Shown here in pieces: positions 1-9,539 of a DNA stretch of 64,000 nucleotides. Within the stretch, counting starts at the first letter, position 1; each line of letters opens with the position of its first letter. The stretch lies in assembly GCA_020427395.1 (NCBI GenBank), contig JAGQON010000006.1:42129-106128 (forward strand), read 5' to 3'. A model generated the notes under the pieces. It was not told where the DNA came from, did no database searches, and was given only the letters and a program-made list of their open reading frames with translations. The position numbers were made by a program, and so were the translations under genes. This DNA comes from Phycisphaerales bacterium. Its GTDB lineage: Bacteria > Planctomycetota > Phycisphaerae > Phycisphaerales > UBA1924.

Positions 1-98
1 TCTCAATCATAAAATTCCGGGGAGAACCATAAACTGTACGGTGATCACCCATTCGGGTGCACGCGATATGACCAAGAAATGTTGATTCTGGTCTGAAA

Positions 99-1421
99 TC
101 AGGGTTTTTCGAGGATCATCGCGGCTGCCTGCCCGCCCAACGAGGGGGTGCAGACCAACACAATATTGGGTTGTCGATGGGGCTGATCACCAGATCGTAC
201 CACGATATTGGGTGGCACTTCCCCATTCTGAATGCATAAAGAGGCACACGCGGTGAGCAGCCCGGCGTGGGCGGCCATGGTGTTGCCCGTGCGGTGTGCG
301 ATCGAGACGATGGGAATCGAATCGGCGGAATCACCGAGCGAGTGGCGGAGTGCGCCCAGCTCCATCTGGTCCAGAACGAGTTGCCCCAGCCCGAGGCAGA
401 ATACCGCGTCGAGGTCCTCGGGAGCCCGCCCGGCGTCGCGGAGCGCGTTGGTGATGCTCGCTGCAAGCCCGCGGTCGATCTCATCGTGCTCACGCATCGA
501 TTCGGTCGCGGGGATGTAGGGGCGGGGTGTCTGGGCGGCCGCAAAGCCGGTGATTTTGGCGTAGGCGCGGGCCCCACGATTGGCGGCGTGCTCTGCTCTC
601 TCAATGACCAGCATGCCGCCGCCCTCTCCCAATAGTCCACCCTGCGATTCGGGATGGAAGGGCTTGCAGATGTCTTGTGGGTTGGCGTCGCGATGGGCGT
701 GGGCGAGACGCCCGGCGTAGTCCCAACGGATGAGTCCGAGCTGGTTGATCCGGGATTCCGCGCCGCCGGTGAAGCACATGTCGGCGCTGCCGCGTTCGAT
801 GACGCGGGCGCTCTCACCGATCGAGAGGAGGGCGCTTGCTTCGGCGCCCATCACGGTGTTCGAGGGGCCCTCGAGCCCATGGATAATGGTGACATGGCAC
901 GCCAGCATGTTGGGCAGGTATTTGAGGAGCCACAGGGGTGGCAGGTTGTTCATGCCCGCTTCGCCCTCGCCCACGGTGCCCCAGCTGCGCAGCGAGAAGT
1001 TGCCGTCCGAGTCCTGAGCGGTGGCGACGGCACGGGAGAGCTCTTCGGTTTCGGCGGCGATGAGCCCGGCACCGATCTGGCAGCCGGTGCGGGCGGGATT
1101 GATCGTGAAGCCCTCGTCGTCGTCTTCGCTGCCGCGTGTCTTGAGCCCGGCGTCCTCGGCGGCGACCTTGGCGGCGATGACCGCCAGCTCGGTGTCGCGT
1201 GCCATGACCTTGGTGGCCTTGCGGTAGGACTTGGGCACGAAGTCGCGGATGTTGACATCCCGGACCTGCCCGGCGATCTGGGTTCGGAAGCCGCTGACAT
1301 CGAACGAGTCGATGGGGCTGATGCCGAAGGCGTCGCTGCGGAGTGCCTCCCAGAACGCGTTCGGGGTGTTGGCGATGGCGCAGACAGGGCCGAGCCCGGT
1401 GATGACGGAGTGAGAGCGCAT
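99..1421 (-). CDS. beta-ketoacyl-ACP synthase (FabF/FabB fold) family protein with non-canonical active-site residues
   Basis: This 440-aa ORF aligns by eye end to end with E. coli FabF ('VITGLGPV', 'GPSNTV', 'ADMCFTGGAES', 'GEGGGMLVIE'). The Cys163/His303/His340 positions are not conserved (see findings). Confidence 0.85.
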   Translation of the reverse strand: MRSHSVITGLGPVCAIANTPNAFWEALRSDAFGISPIDSFDVSGFRTQIAGQVRDVNIRDFVPKSYRKATKVMARDTELAVIAAKVAAEDAGLKTRGSEDDDEGFTINPARTGCQIGAGLIAAETEELSRAVATAQDSDGNFSLRSWGTVGEGEAGMNNLPPLWLLKYLPNMLACHVTIIHGLEGPSNTVMGAEASALLSIGESARVIERGSADMCFTGGAESRINQLGLIRWDYAGRLAHAHRDANPQDICKPFHPESQGGLLGEGGGMLVIERAEHAANRGARAYAKITGFAAAQTPRPYIPATESMREHDEIDRGLAASITNALRDAGRAPEDLDAVFCLGLGQLVLDQMELGALRHSLGDSADSIPIVSIAHRTGNTMAAHAGLLTACASLCIQNGEVPPNIVVRSGDQPHRQPNIVLVCTPSLGGQAAAMILEKP

Positions 1422-1473
1422 ATGGCGTATGGTACGCGCGAAGCGGGCCGTTGGCCCCGGTGCGGGATCGGAG

Positions 1474-3645
1474 TCAGGGCATCGAGCGGGTGCTCATGGT
1501 GGCTCGCATGAGGGCCATGAAGGTCCCCAGCTGCTCGGGGGAGTCCGGATCGTCGTGCTCGCTGGCACGGATCCGCTCGTAGCTGCCCTCGGTCTGCATG
1601 AGCCAGGATCGGCGTCGGTCCCGCAGGGTAATGTCCGCCAGCTCCCAGAGGCGGCGCTTGGCGTCGGGGTCAAGGATGGGGCAGGCGGCCTCCACGCGGT
1701 TGGAGAGGTTCCGGTACATCCAGTCGGCGCTGCTGATGAAGTAGAGGTACTCCTGGGGCGAGTCGTTGCCGTCGGCGAAGATGTAGAGGCGTGAGTGCTC
1801 AAGGAATCGCCCGATGATGGATCGCACGGTGATGTTCTCGCTGAGCCCGGGGACGCCAGGCCGCAGGCAGCAGAAGCCGCGGACAACGAGGTCAATCTTC
1901 ACCCCTGCCTGCGATGCCTCGTAAAGCTTCTCGGTGATCATCCGATCTTCCATCGAGTTCATCTTGGCGTAGATGTAGGCGGGCTTGCCCTTCCTGGCGT
2001 TCTCGATCTCGTTGTCGATGAGTTGTATGAAGCGGTTGCGCATGTGGTCCGGAGCGACGACGAGCTTGTCGTAGTGCTGCCCCGTGCTCAGCCCGGTAAT
2101 CATGTTGAAGAGACGGACGACATCGGAGGTGATCTTCTCGTGGGCGGTAAGCAGCCCCAGGTCGGTGTAGAGCTGGGCGGTCTTGGGGTGGTAGTTGCCG
2201 GTGCCCAGGTGGGCGTAGGTGCGCAGGCCCCAGTTGCCCTGGATCTTTTCGCGCCGGACGACGAGCGAGCACTTGGAGTGGGTCTTGAGCCCGAGCACGC
2301 CGTACGCGACATGCACGCCCGCGGCCTCGAGCTGGCGGGCGAAGGTCACATTCTTCTCTTCGTCGAAGCGTGCGCGCAGCTCAACCAAGCATGCGACCTG
2401 CTTGCCCTCTTCCGCGGCGCGGACGAGCGAATCGACGAATGGTGAGTCCTGGCTGGTGCGGTAGAGCGTGAGTTTGATGGCCAGCACATCGGGGTCATCG
2501 GCGGCGGCGGAGATGAAGCGTTCCACCGAGTCGGAGAATGATTCGTAGGGGTGGTGCACGAGGATGTCGCGCTCGCGGATGCGGGCGAACATGTCGGCCT
2601 CGGGGTCCATCAGCGCCGCGGGTCGGACGGGCTTCCAGGGCATGGTCTGCAGGTCCGGGCGGTCGATGCCGGCGATCTGGAAGAGATCGACGCACGCGAG
2701 GGGCGCGGGGAGGGCGAAGTGGTCGTCCTTGGAGAGACGGAGCTCGTTGAGCAGGAAGTCCAGGATTCGTGGAGACGGGTCGGGCGGGGTCTGGATGCGT
2801 ACCGAGTTGGCGAAGCGGCGCATGCGGAGTTCTTCTTCGACATGCTCGAGCAGATCCTCGACATCTTCGTCATCGAGCTCGACGGCCGCGCTTCGGGTCA
2901 GGCGGAAGGGGAGTACCTCAAGCACGCGCATGCCCGGGAACAGGTCGTCGAGGTTGTTGATGATGACCTGGACGAGCGGGACGAAGCGAGCGGGCTCGTC
3001 GGGCGTCGGCTCGTTGGGTTCTTCTTCACCCGAGCGGAGCTGGTCAACTCGCACGAACGCGGGGAGCACATCGGGGACCTTGAGTCGCGCGAATCGCGGC
3101 TCGTCGATCAGGGCGCCGGAGTCCTTTGGTTCGACCAGCAGCCCGAGGTTTGTCGAAAGGTTGGAGATGAAGGGGAAGCGGTGCCCGGGGTCGACCGCGA
3201 GCGGGGTGAGGATGGGGAAAACTGCCAAGTTGAACCACTCGTCGACGGCCTTACGGCTCTTCTTACCCAGCTCGTCGTAGTTGAGGATTTCGATGCCCTG
3301 CTCTTTGAGCTTGGGGAGCAGCTCGTCCTGAAGGTTGGCCGCGAGCTCTGTTTCCATGCCCCTGATCATCTCGTAGCAGGCGTGGAGGGTCTGGAGCGGT
3401 GGCATCTCGCCGGGTCTGCTGGGGGAGTGGGCGATGTGCTGTCGGTGTCTCGATTTGAGCAGCCCGATGCGTTTCATGAAGAACTCATCGAGGTTTGATG
3501 CGAATATGGCGATGAACTTGACCCGCTCAAGCAGTGGGATGGTGGGGTCGAAAGCCTGTGCGAGCACACGCCGGTTGAACTCAAGCCATGAGGTATCCCG
3601 GTTGATGAACTTGGTTTGGTCGTCGTGTTGCATATCGGGCGTCAT
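1474..3645 (-). CDS. ppk1: polyphosphate kinase 1
   Basis: Motifs seen: 'FINRDTSWLEFNRRVLAQA', 'FIAIFASNLDEFFMKR', 'GTGNYHPKTA', 'SSADWMYRNLSNRVE'. The ORF runs to 3747; I trimmed the start to the ATG at 3645 (MTPDMQHDD) to match the usual short PPK1 N-terminus. The start is uncertain. Confidence 0.9.
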   Translation of the reverse strand: MTPDMQHDDQTKFINRDTSWLEFNRRVLAQAFDPTIPLLERVKFIAIFASNLDEFFMKRIGLLKSRHRQHIAHSPSRPGEMPPLQTLHACYEMIRGMETELAANLQDELLPKLKEQGIEILNYDELGKKSRKAVDEWFNLAVFPILTPLAVDPGHRFPFISNLSTNLGLLVEPKDSGALIDEPRFARLKVPDVLPAFVRVDQLRSGEEEPNEPTPDEPARFVPLVQVIINNLDDLFPGMRVLEVLPFRLTRSAAVELDDEDVEDLLEHVEEELRMRRFANSVRIQTPPDPSPRILDFLLNELRLSKDDHFALPAPLACVDLFQIAGIDRPDLQTMPWKPVRPAALMDPEADMFARIRERDILVHHPYESFSDSVERFISAAADDPDVLAIKLTLYRTSQDSPFVDSLVRAAEEGKQVACLVELRARFDEEKNVTFARQLEAAGVHVAYGVLGLKTHSKCSLVVRREKIQGNWGLRTYAHLGTGNYHPKTAQLYTDLGLLTAHEKITSDVVRLFNMITGLSTGQHYDKLVVAPDHMRNRFIQLIDNEIENARKGKPAYIYAKMNSMEDRMITEKLYEASQAGVKIDLVVRGFCCLRPGVPGLSENITVRSIIGRFLEHSRLYIFADGNDSPQEYLYFISSADWMYRNLSNRVEAACPILDPDAKRRLWELADITLRDRRRSWLMQTEGSYERIRASEHDDPDSPEQLGTFMALMRATMSTRSMP

Positions 3646-3812
3646 GGGCGGGTTCCCCGGCTGAGGGGGCGGATTCGGATTGAATCTGTTCCCTTTTGGA
3701 ATGATCTGTGAATCATATCTGCTACACTCAGGCGGGACGAGATACACAAAATGCTTGCCTGCTATGGATGTCTACAACGAGTATCTGCGGTTCAAGATGA
3801 TCGAGGGTGTTG

Positions 3813-5105
3813 ATGATGAGCCAGGATCGTGAAGATCTGAATAAAAAAATGCTGCTCCGCTTTATCCGGATCGGCTTTGTCGCCTTGATGCTGATCGTGG
3901 TGCTGCTCTATGTGCTGAGCATCAACCGCAACGCGGACAGCGTCGAGATCGAGTTCGCTCAGCGTTGGTACATCCCGGTGATGACGGCGCTGGTCCTCTC
4001 GGGCATCTTCCTCGCGGTGGACCTGCTGACACCACGCAAGAAGATCTCGCTGGTCTCGGGTGTCGTGTTTGGTCTGATGGCCGGCCTGATGACCGCATGG
4101 GTTTTCTCGACGGTCATCGATCTCGTGGTCCAGACCTGGGACCTGCAGGAATCGCTTGGCGCGTTTGCCACGGCGATCAAGATGCTGCTGGGTGTCTCGC
4201 TCTCCTACCTGGGCATCACCATGGTGCTCCAGACGCAGGACGAGTTCAGGCTGGTCATCCCGTATGTCGAGTTCGCCAAGCAGATGCGAGGCCCGATGCC
4301 TCTGGTTCTGGACACCTCGGCCCTGATCGACGCTCGGATCGCGGACATCGCGGCTTCGGGTCTGGTGCAGCAGACAGTGGTGATCCCCGAGTTCGTGCTC
4401 GAGGAGCTGCAACTGCTGGCCGACTCGCGCGATCGCATGAAACGCAACAAGGGGCGGCGTGGGCTCGATATCGCCAGCAAACTGCAGCGGATGGCCGGCG
4501 TGGATGTGATGATCGATTCGACTCCCGTACAGAAGAAGGCGGTTGATCTGGCGCTGGTGGAGCTGTGCACCCGGATGCCGGGCATGCTGGTGACGCTCGA
4601 TGTGGCGCTGATGCGGATCGCGACGATCCAGAAGATCGATGTGCTCAACATCAACGACCTGGCCAACGCGCTCAAGCCGGTGGTGATCCCGGGCAAGATG
4701 ATCCAGGTGGAGCTGATCAAGCCCGGCGAGCAGCACGGGCAGGCCGTGGGATACCTTGAGGACGGGACCATGGTCGTGGCCGAGGACGGGTACCCCTACA
4801 TCGGGCAGCTTCGTGATCTGGTGATCACCAGCTCGATGCAGACGGCGGCGGGTCGGCTGCTGTTCGCCCGCGTGGATATGGCCGAGATGGACACCATGGA
4901 CCGCGAGCAGGCGATCCATGAGCACCGCCCGCCGAGTCATCACGATCAGAGCGAGGATTCGTATGAAGGTGATGAGGTTGTGGGCGATGATCGGGACTCG
5001 GGCAGCGAGGTGACGCCCGTGAAGCCCGCTTCCATCTCGGGTCCCAAGGTGGTCGATCGCCCTGGTGGGTCGATGAAGGGCACGCCTCGCAACCCACGGC
5101 GATGA
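3813..5105 (+). CDS. PIN/TRAM domain-containing membrane protein (YacL-like)
   Basis: N-terminal TM helices are followed by a PIN-like 'LVLDTSALIDARI...VIPEFVLEELQ' segment and a TRAM-like 'VELIKPGEQHGQAVGYLEDGTMVVAEDG' segment. The ATG at 3813 follows a GAGGGTG purine run; the ORF track starts at a GTG at 3807. Confidence 0.8.
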   Translation: MMSQDREDLNKKMLLRFIRIGFVALMLIVVLLYVLSINRNADSVEIEFAQRWYIPVMTALVLSGIFLAVDLLTPRKKISLVSGVVFGLMAGLMTAWVFSTVIDLVVQTWDLQESLGAFATAIKMLLGVSLSYLGITMVLQTQDEFRLVIPYVEFAKQMRGPMPLVLDTSALIDARIADIAASGLVQQTVVIPEFVLEELQLLADSRDRMKRNKGRRGLDIASKLQRMAGVDVMIDSTPVQKKAVDLALVELCTRMPGMLVTLDVALMRIATIQKIDVLNINDLANALKPVVIPGKMIQVELIKPGEQHGQAVGYLEDGTMVVAEDGYPYIGQLRDLVITSSMQTAAGRLLFARVDMAEMDTMDREQAIHEHRPPSHHDQSEDSYEGDEVVGDDRDSGSEVTPVKPASISGPKVVDRPGGSMKGTPRNPRR

Positions 5106-5273
5106 GCTGAGGGGGATTGTCCCTTGGTAGAGCGATCGTGGTTGAATCTCGCCCCGAGAAGGCGAATCATCCCTGTTCACGACAGATCAGTTCACGACTG
5201 AACACCCCCGGCGGTCTCGGGCGGGTGCGTGTGCACCGGCTGAGCGATTGGGGCCCAGCGCAAGGCAAGCAAC

Positions 5274-6839
5274 ATGATGAGCACACTGGCCGCGACCGCC
5301 CGCGAAGAAGCGAGCGCCGGGTATGGCCACAACATTCGCAGCGAGATCCTGTCTGGGTTCACCGTGGCGCTGGCGCTGGTGCCCGAGGCGGTCGCGTTCG
5401 CGTTCGTGGCGGGGGTTGAGCCGCTGGTCGGGCTGTACGCCGCGTTCATGGTGGGGCTGCTGGCGTCGGTCTTCGGCGGGCGCCCGGGGATGATCTCGGG
5501 GGCGACAGGTGCGATGGCGGTGGTGATGGTGTCGCTGGTCGCGACGCATGGCAAGGAGTATTTATTCGCGGCGGTGGTGCTCACGGGGGTGATCCAGATC
5601 AGCGTGGGGCTGCTGCGGCTGGGCAAGTACATACGAATCGTGCCCCATCCCGTGATGCTCGGGTTCGTCAACGGCCTGGCGATCGTGATCTTTCTCTCGC
5701 AGCTCGAGCAGTTTCATGTGTCGCGGGTGGTCGACGGCGTCGAGCAGCAGACCTGGATGAGCGGGACGCCACTGGCGTTGTTTCTGGGGCTGATCGCGCT
5801 GACGATGGGGATCATCTTCTTTCTGCCCAAGCTCACCAAGGCGGTGCCCAGCTCGCTGGCGGCGATCGCGGTGGTGTCAGTGGTTGTGATCGGGTTGGGG
5901 CTCGACACCCGGAGCGTGGGCGATCTGGCCTCGATCAAAGGTGGCTTGCCGCACTTTCATTTCCCAAGCGTGCCCATGAGCATGGAGACGCTGCGGGTCG
6001 TGCTGCCCTATTCCTTAATTCTGGCGGGCGTGGGGCTGATCGAGTCGCTGCTGACGCTGACGCTCATCGACGAGCTGACCGACACGCGCGGGCGCGGGAA
6101 CCGCGAGTGCGTTGGGCAGGGGATCGCCAATACGGTGACGGGCTTCTTCGGGGGCATGGGCGGGTGCGCCATGATCGGCCAGAGCGTGATCAACATCAAG
6201 AGCGGCGGGCGGGGGCGGCTCTCGGGCATCAGCGCGGCGCTGTTCCTGCTGGCGTTCATCCTGTTCGCGTCGGGGCTGATCGAGAAGATCCCCATGGCGG
6301 CGCTGGTGGGCGTGATGTTCATGGTCGTGATCGGGACCTTCGAGTGGTCGAGCTTCCGCATTATCCGCAAGATCCCGCTCAAGGACGCGTTCGTGCTGGT
6401 GCTGGTGTCGGGCGTGACGGTCGCCTTCAACCTGGCGACGGCGGTGCTGGTGGGCGTGATCGTCTCGGTGCTGATCTTCGCGTGGGAGCACGCCAAGCAC
6501 ATTCATGTCATCAAGCGCGACGACCCCGACGGGAGCCGGACCTACGAGTTGAATGGGCCGCTGTTCTTCGGGTGCATCAGGGAGTTTCGCGCGTTCTTCG
6601 ACCCCGCCAACGACCCGGATGATGTGGTGATCGAGTTCCGCAACTCACGGGTGGTCGATCACTCGGCGATCGAGGCGATCGACAGCCTGGCCGAGCGGTA
6701 CCGGGCGGCGGGCAAGACCCTGCACCTTCGTCATCTGAGCCGCGAGTGCCGGCAGCTGCTGCACAAGGCGGGGGACATGGTCGAGGTCAATGTGCTCGAA
6801 GACCCCAGTTACCATGTGGCGGACGACGAGCTGGCGTGA
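5274..6839 (+). CDS. SulP family inorganic anion transporter with C-terminal STAS domain
   Basis: 521 aa and polytopic. It has the SulP signature region '[24 protein letters not shown]' and a C-terminal STAS-like '[22 protein letters not shown]'. Confidence 0.9.
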   Translation: MMSTLAATAREEASAGYGHNIRSEILSGFTVALALVPEAVAFAFVAGVEPLVGLYAAFMVGLLASVFGGRPGMISGATGAMAVVMVSLVATHGKEYLFAAVVLTGVIQISVGLLRLGKYIRIVPHPVMLGFVNGLAIVIFLSQLEQFHVSRVVDGVEQQTWMSGTPLALFLGLIALTMGIIFFLPKLTKAVPSSLAAIAVVSVVVIGLGLDTRSVGDLASIKGGLPHFHFPSVPMSMETLRVVLPYSLILAGVGLIESLLTLTLIDELTDTRGRGNRECVGQGIANTVTGFFGGMGGCAMIGQSVINIKSGGRGRLSGISAALFLLAFILFASGLIEKIPMAALVGVMFMVVIGTFEWSSFRIIRKIPLKDAFVLVLVSGVTVAFNLATAVLVGVIVSVLIFAWEHAKHIHVIKRDDPDGSRTYELNGPLFFGCIREFRAFFDPANDPDDVVIEFRNSRVVDHSAIEAIDSLAERYRAAGKTLHLRHLSRECRQLLHKAGDMVEVNVLEDPSYHVADDELA

Positions 6840-6887
6840 TTGACGGTAGAGCCCTGAAACGCGCCGGAGCCGTTCCCGTACACTGGT

Positions 6888-7877
6888 GTGATGACACGAC
6901 GCGATGAGGGGACAACCAGGACACGCGACGCGACGGGAGTGCGCGAGTTGCCCAACTACCCCGCGATCAGCTTCACGACGATGCAGGGCTGGCCCGTGCT
7001 GGGCTTCGGCGTCGTGCTGCTGGGTGTTTGCGTCGTGTGTGTGCTGATCTGGCAAGGCGTGATTGAGGGCGAGGCGAACGCGCCGCTGTGGGTGATCGGG
7101 GTGGTGGGCGTGGTGTTCGGGGTGGGGGGGCTGCTGCTGGCAGCGTACGGGATCAGCGACCTACGCGACCGAGCGCGGCGCACGCGAGAGCTGCTGACTC
7201 ACCCGAGCGAAACCTGGCGTGGCGATCACGACTGGTCGCGGGCGCTGGCCGGGCGCGGGATGCCCAGCCGCGACAGCGGGCGGTGGTGGGTGCACGCGCT
7301 GGGGCTGGCGCTGCTGCTGAGCATGGGCGTGATCTCCAACTGGATCGCCACCATCGAATCGGGCAACGGCATCGGCGGCTGGTTCACGCTCATGATGGCG
7401 GTGATCATGGATCTGATCGTGCTGCTGGTGTTGGGGCTGGCGGTGCGCAGGCTGCTGATGCGATGGCGCTACGGGTCACCCAGGATCGTGTTCGATCGCG
7501 TCCCGGTGCGCCCGGGCGAGACACTCAAGGCGCGGGTCGTGACGCGGGGTCTTGGGCGCGTCGATCGGCTGGTCGTGACGCTTCGTTATGTGGTCGAGGT
7601 GTATGTCAAGAGCAAGACATCCGACGGCAAGACCAAGGAAGAGGTCGTGTGCAAGGAGCACTACCACGAGCGATGGGAAACGGACGATGTCGGGGCGCAC
7701 CTGTCGGGCGATGGGGTGCTCCCGGTCGAGTTTGAGATCCCCGGCTCGGCCGAGCCGTGCGTGCTCCGCGAACGCCCTGCCAGGTTCTGGGATCTCGAAG
7801 TCCGCGGCGAGGTCCGGGGGGTCGATTTCGTGCACCGGTTCACGGTGCCGGTATATGGGGATCAGGACGCAGGATGA
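6888..7877 (+). CDS. hypothetical membrane protein (4 predicted TM helices plus a beta-rich C-terminal domain)
   Basis: The ORF has host-like codon bias and no competing ORF. Hydrophobic segments are 'WPVLGFGVVLLGVCVVCVLIW', 'LWVIGVVGVVFGVGGLLLAAYGI', 'ALGLALLLSMGVI' and 'FTLMMAVIMDLIVLLVLGLAV'. I recognised no family. Confidence 0.6.
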   Translation: MMTRRDEGTTRTRDATGVRELPNYPAISFTTMQGWPVLGFGVVLLGVCVVCVLIWQGVIEGEANAPLWVIGVVGVVFGVGGLLLAAYGISDLRDRARRTRELLTHPSETWRGDHDWSRALAGRGMPSRDSGRWWVHALGLALLLSMGVISNWIATIESGNGIGGWFTLMMAVIMDLIVLLVLGLAVRRLLMRWRYGSPRIVFDRVPVRPGETLKARVVTRGLGRVDRLVVTLRYVVEVYVKSKTSDGKTKEEVVCKEHYHERWETDDVGAHLSGDGVLPVEFEIPGSAEPCVLRERPARFWDLEVRGEVRGVDFVHRFTVPVYGDQDAG

Positions 7878-7889
7878 CGCGGCCTGTTT

Positions 7890-8726
7890 TCAGGGGCATC
7901 CTGCCTGGAAGTCGGCGAGGAACGCGGAAACATCGAAGAAGTCGATCGCGCCGTCCATGTTGTAGTCAGCAATGGTGAAGTCCATATTGGTGAATGCGCT
8001 CAGGAAGATGCTGACATCGAAGAAGTCAAGCCTCCCGTCGCCGTTGAAATCGGGATGGCAGGGGGTGTTGTTCGTGAGATTGACGCGGATCATCCATGTG
8101 CCGTCGCCGTTGCCGCCGAAGATGGCGCTGGAGACCGATGCGACGGGAAGCTGCGCGAGGTTGAGGAAGTTGGGATCGACCCCCGTGCCGTTGGCGCTGC
8201 CCGCGATCCAGCTGTGATTCATCGGCAGATAGTTTGGGATATCGTCGGTGCCGTCGGTGTCGATACTGGCGACGAGCTGCTGCCCGTTGTACTCGACGAT
8301 GGCGCCGGCGAAGAAGATGTCGCCCGGCAGCAGCGCGACGGGCGAGTTAAGTGTGTAGTTGTTGAACTGGTTGAGCCCCGAGTGGTCGATGAGGCCCGAG
8401 CCTGTGCCGAGCACCACGGCGTCATCGGGTTGGCCGTCTTGGTTGGGATCTGCCCAGATATAAACAGAGACGAGCGTGCCGTTGGGGATGTTGTTGCTGC
8501 TGGTCAGGCCCCCGCCAAAGGCGAGACCGATGTCGGTGAGGGGAGCGCCCGTAGGCTCAACGACGAACCTGTTGAGCCACGCGATGGCGTTGAGCCCGGT
8601 GGACTGGATGCCGATCCCCTGCTCTTTGACCCCGTCGTCGATGCGGTAGTCGTACATGGCCTGCGCGTGGGCCGGGAGCACGGCGGCGCCCAAAAGAAGA
8701 GCCGAGAGTGTGTGGGTTCGTTTCAT
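7890..8726 (-). CDS. secreted protein with C-terminal GC-type dockerin-like double repeat
   Basis: Signal peptide 'MKRTHTLSALLLGAAVLPAHAQA' follows a GAGGAG SD. The C-terminus is 'CHPDFNGDGRLDFFDVSIFLSAF...ADYNMDGAIDFFDVSAFLADFQAGCP*'. Confidence 0.8.
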   Translation of the reverse strand: MKRTHTLSALLLGAAVLPAHAQAMYDYRIDDGVKEQGIGIQSTGLNAIAWLNRFVVEPTGAPLTDIGLAFGGGLTSSNNIPNGTLVSVYIWADPNQDGQPDDAVVLGTGSGLIDHSGLNQFNNYTLNSPVALLPGDIFFAGAIVEYNGQQLVASIDTDGTDDIPNYLPMNHSWIAGSANGTGVDPNFLNLAQLPVASVSSAIFGGNGDGTWMIRVNLTNNTPCHPDFNGDGRLDFFDVSIFLSAFTNMDFTIADYNMDGAIDFFDVSAFLADFQAGCP

Positions 8727-8960
8727 GATGTTCTCCTCGTGCGATGCGTACAACGAAATGCCCACCCGAAGAGACAGGCATGGGTTGATCTACCCAGAAT
8801 ACCATCTCCCGGTGTGCGGGAGAAGGGAAAAAGCGTCGCGTGGGAGGAATTTCCCCGCTCTGGGGAGGTGCTTGGAGTGATTTTGTTGCACCGTCTCGCG
8901 TTCTGGTAACGGGGATCAAGCCGCCGGGTGACGCGTATACCGATCCGGAGGATGCGCACA

Positions 8961-9311
8961 ATGAGCAGCAATCACGCGAGGGTGCACGGGATCCGGGCGG
9001 CGGTGCTGGGTGTGATCCGGCTGATCGCGCTGGCGATGGTGGTGATCGGAGTGCTGCTGGTGCTCAACCGATTGCTCTACGGCGTGCTGGGTGTGGGTGA
9101 TGTGACCGCGGCATTCAATATCTTTGTGGGCATCGGAGAAACGCAGGGCATGTATGTTGGCCTGCCCCTGATCGCGGTGGGTTGCGTTCTGGGCTGGATC
9201 AGCCGACGCCTGAGTCACTGGGTTGTTCGTGCGCCGGAGATCGGGTGCGCCGGGTGCGGGTACGAGACGCTGGGGGATGATGGGCAGTGCTCGGAGTGTG
9301 GGTATCGGTGA
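8961..9311 (+). CDS. small membrane protein with C-terminal CxxC...CxxC zinc ribbon
   Basis: TM helices are 'AAVLGVIRLIALAMVVIGVLLVL' and 'MYVGLPLIAVGCVLGWI'. The C-terminus is 'CAGCGYETLGDDGQCSECGYR*'. I chose the ATG at 8961, 9 nt after a GGAGG; the ORF is open from 8928. Confidence 0.6.
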   Translation: MSSNHARVHGIRAAVLGVIRLIALAMVVIGVLLVLNRLLYGVLGVGDVTAAFNIFVGIGETQGMYVGLPLIAVGCVLGWISRRLSHWVVRAPEIGCAGCGYETLGDDGQCSECGYR

Positions 9312-9409
9312 GTTTGTCAATCGGCTCCGAAGGTGCCGAGGGTTGTAGCCACGGGTAGAGCGGAGCTGCGACGCGGCGGAGCGTCACCCGTGGAGTGTGG
9401 GTATCGGTG
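9293..9409 (+). repeat. 18-bp direct repeat GGAGTGTGGGTATCGGTG (9293..9310 and 9392..9409)
   Basis: Copy 1 encodes the final ECGYR of the zinc-ribbon gene. Copy 2 lies about 100 bp downstream in non-coding DNA and would encode 'VECGYR'. Confidence 0.7.
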
Positions 9410-9513
9410 TTATTCCCTCGCCCCTCCGGGGCGAAGGGGATTGGTGGGGCGGGCGGCCCACGGGTTCCGCTGCGCTCCACCCGTGGCTACAGGCCGCAGC
9501 CCCGTTGGGGCTG
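9345..9513. repeat. structured palindromic intergenic element (outer inverted repeat GTAGCCACGGGT.GAGCG plus internal hairpins)
   Basis: The left arm at 9345..9366 (GTAGCCACGGGTAGAGCGGAGC) pairs with the right arm at 9472..9490 (GCGCTCCACCCGTGGCTAC) at about 17 of 18 positions. Further hairpins are CCCTCGCCCCTCCGGGGCGAAGGGGA and GCAGCCCCGTTGGGGCTG. Confidence 0.6.
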
Positions 9514-9539
9514 ATAGAGGGACGGAGCAATCGAGTAGT

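Noticed and set aside
3792-5180. 462-aa minus-strand ORF opposite the PIN/TRAM gene
   Set aside because: It is an antisense shadow ORF with an R/H/D/L-rich, low-complexity-like sequence. The plus-strand gene has clear TM, PIN and TRAM features.
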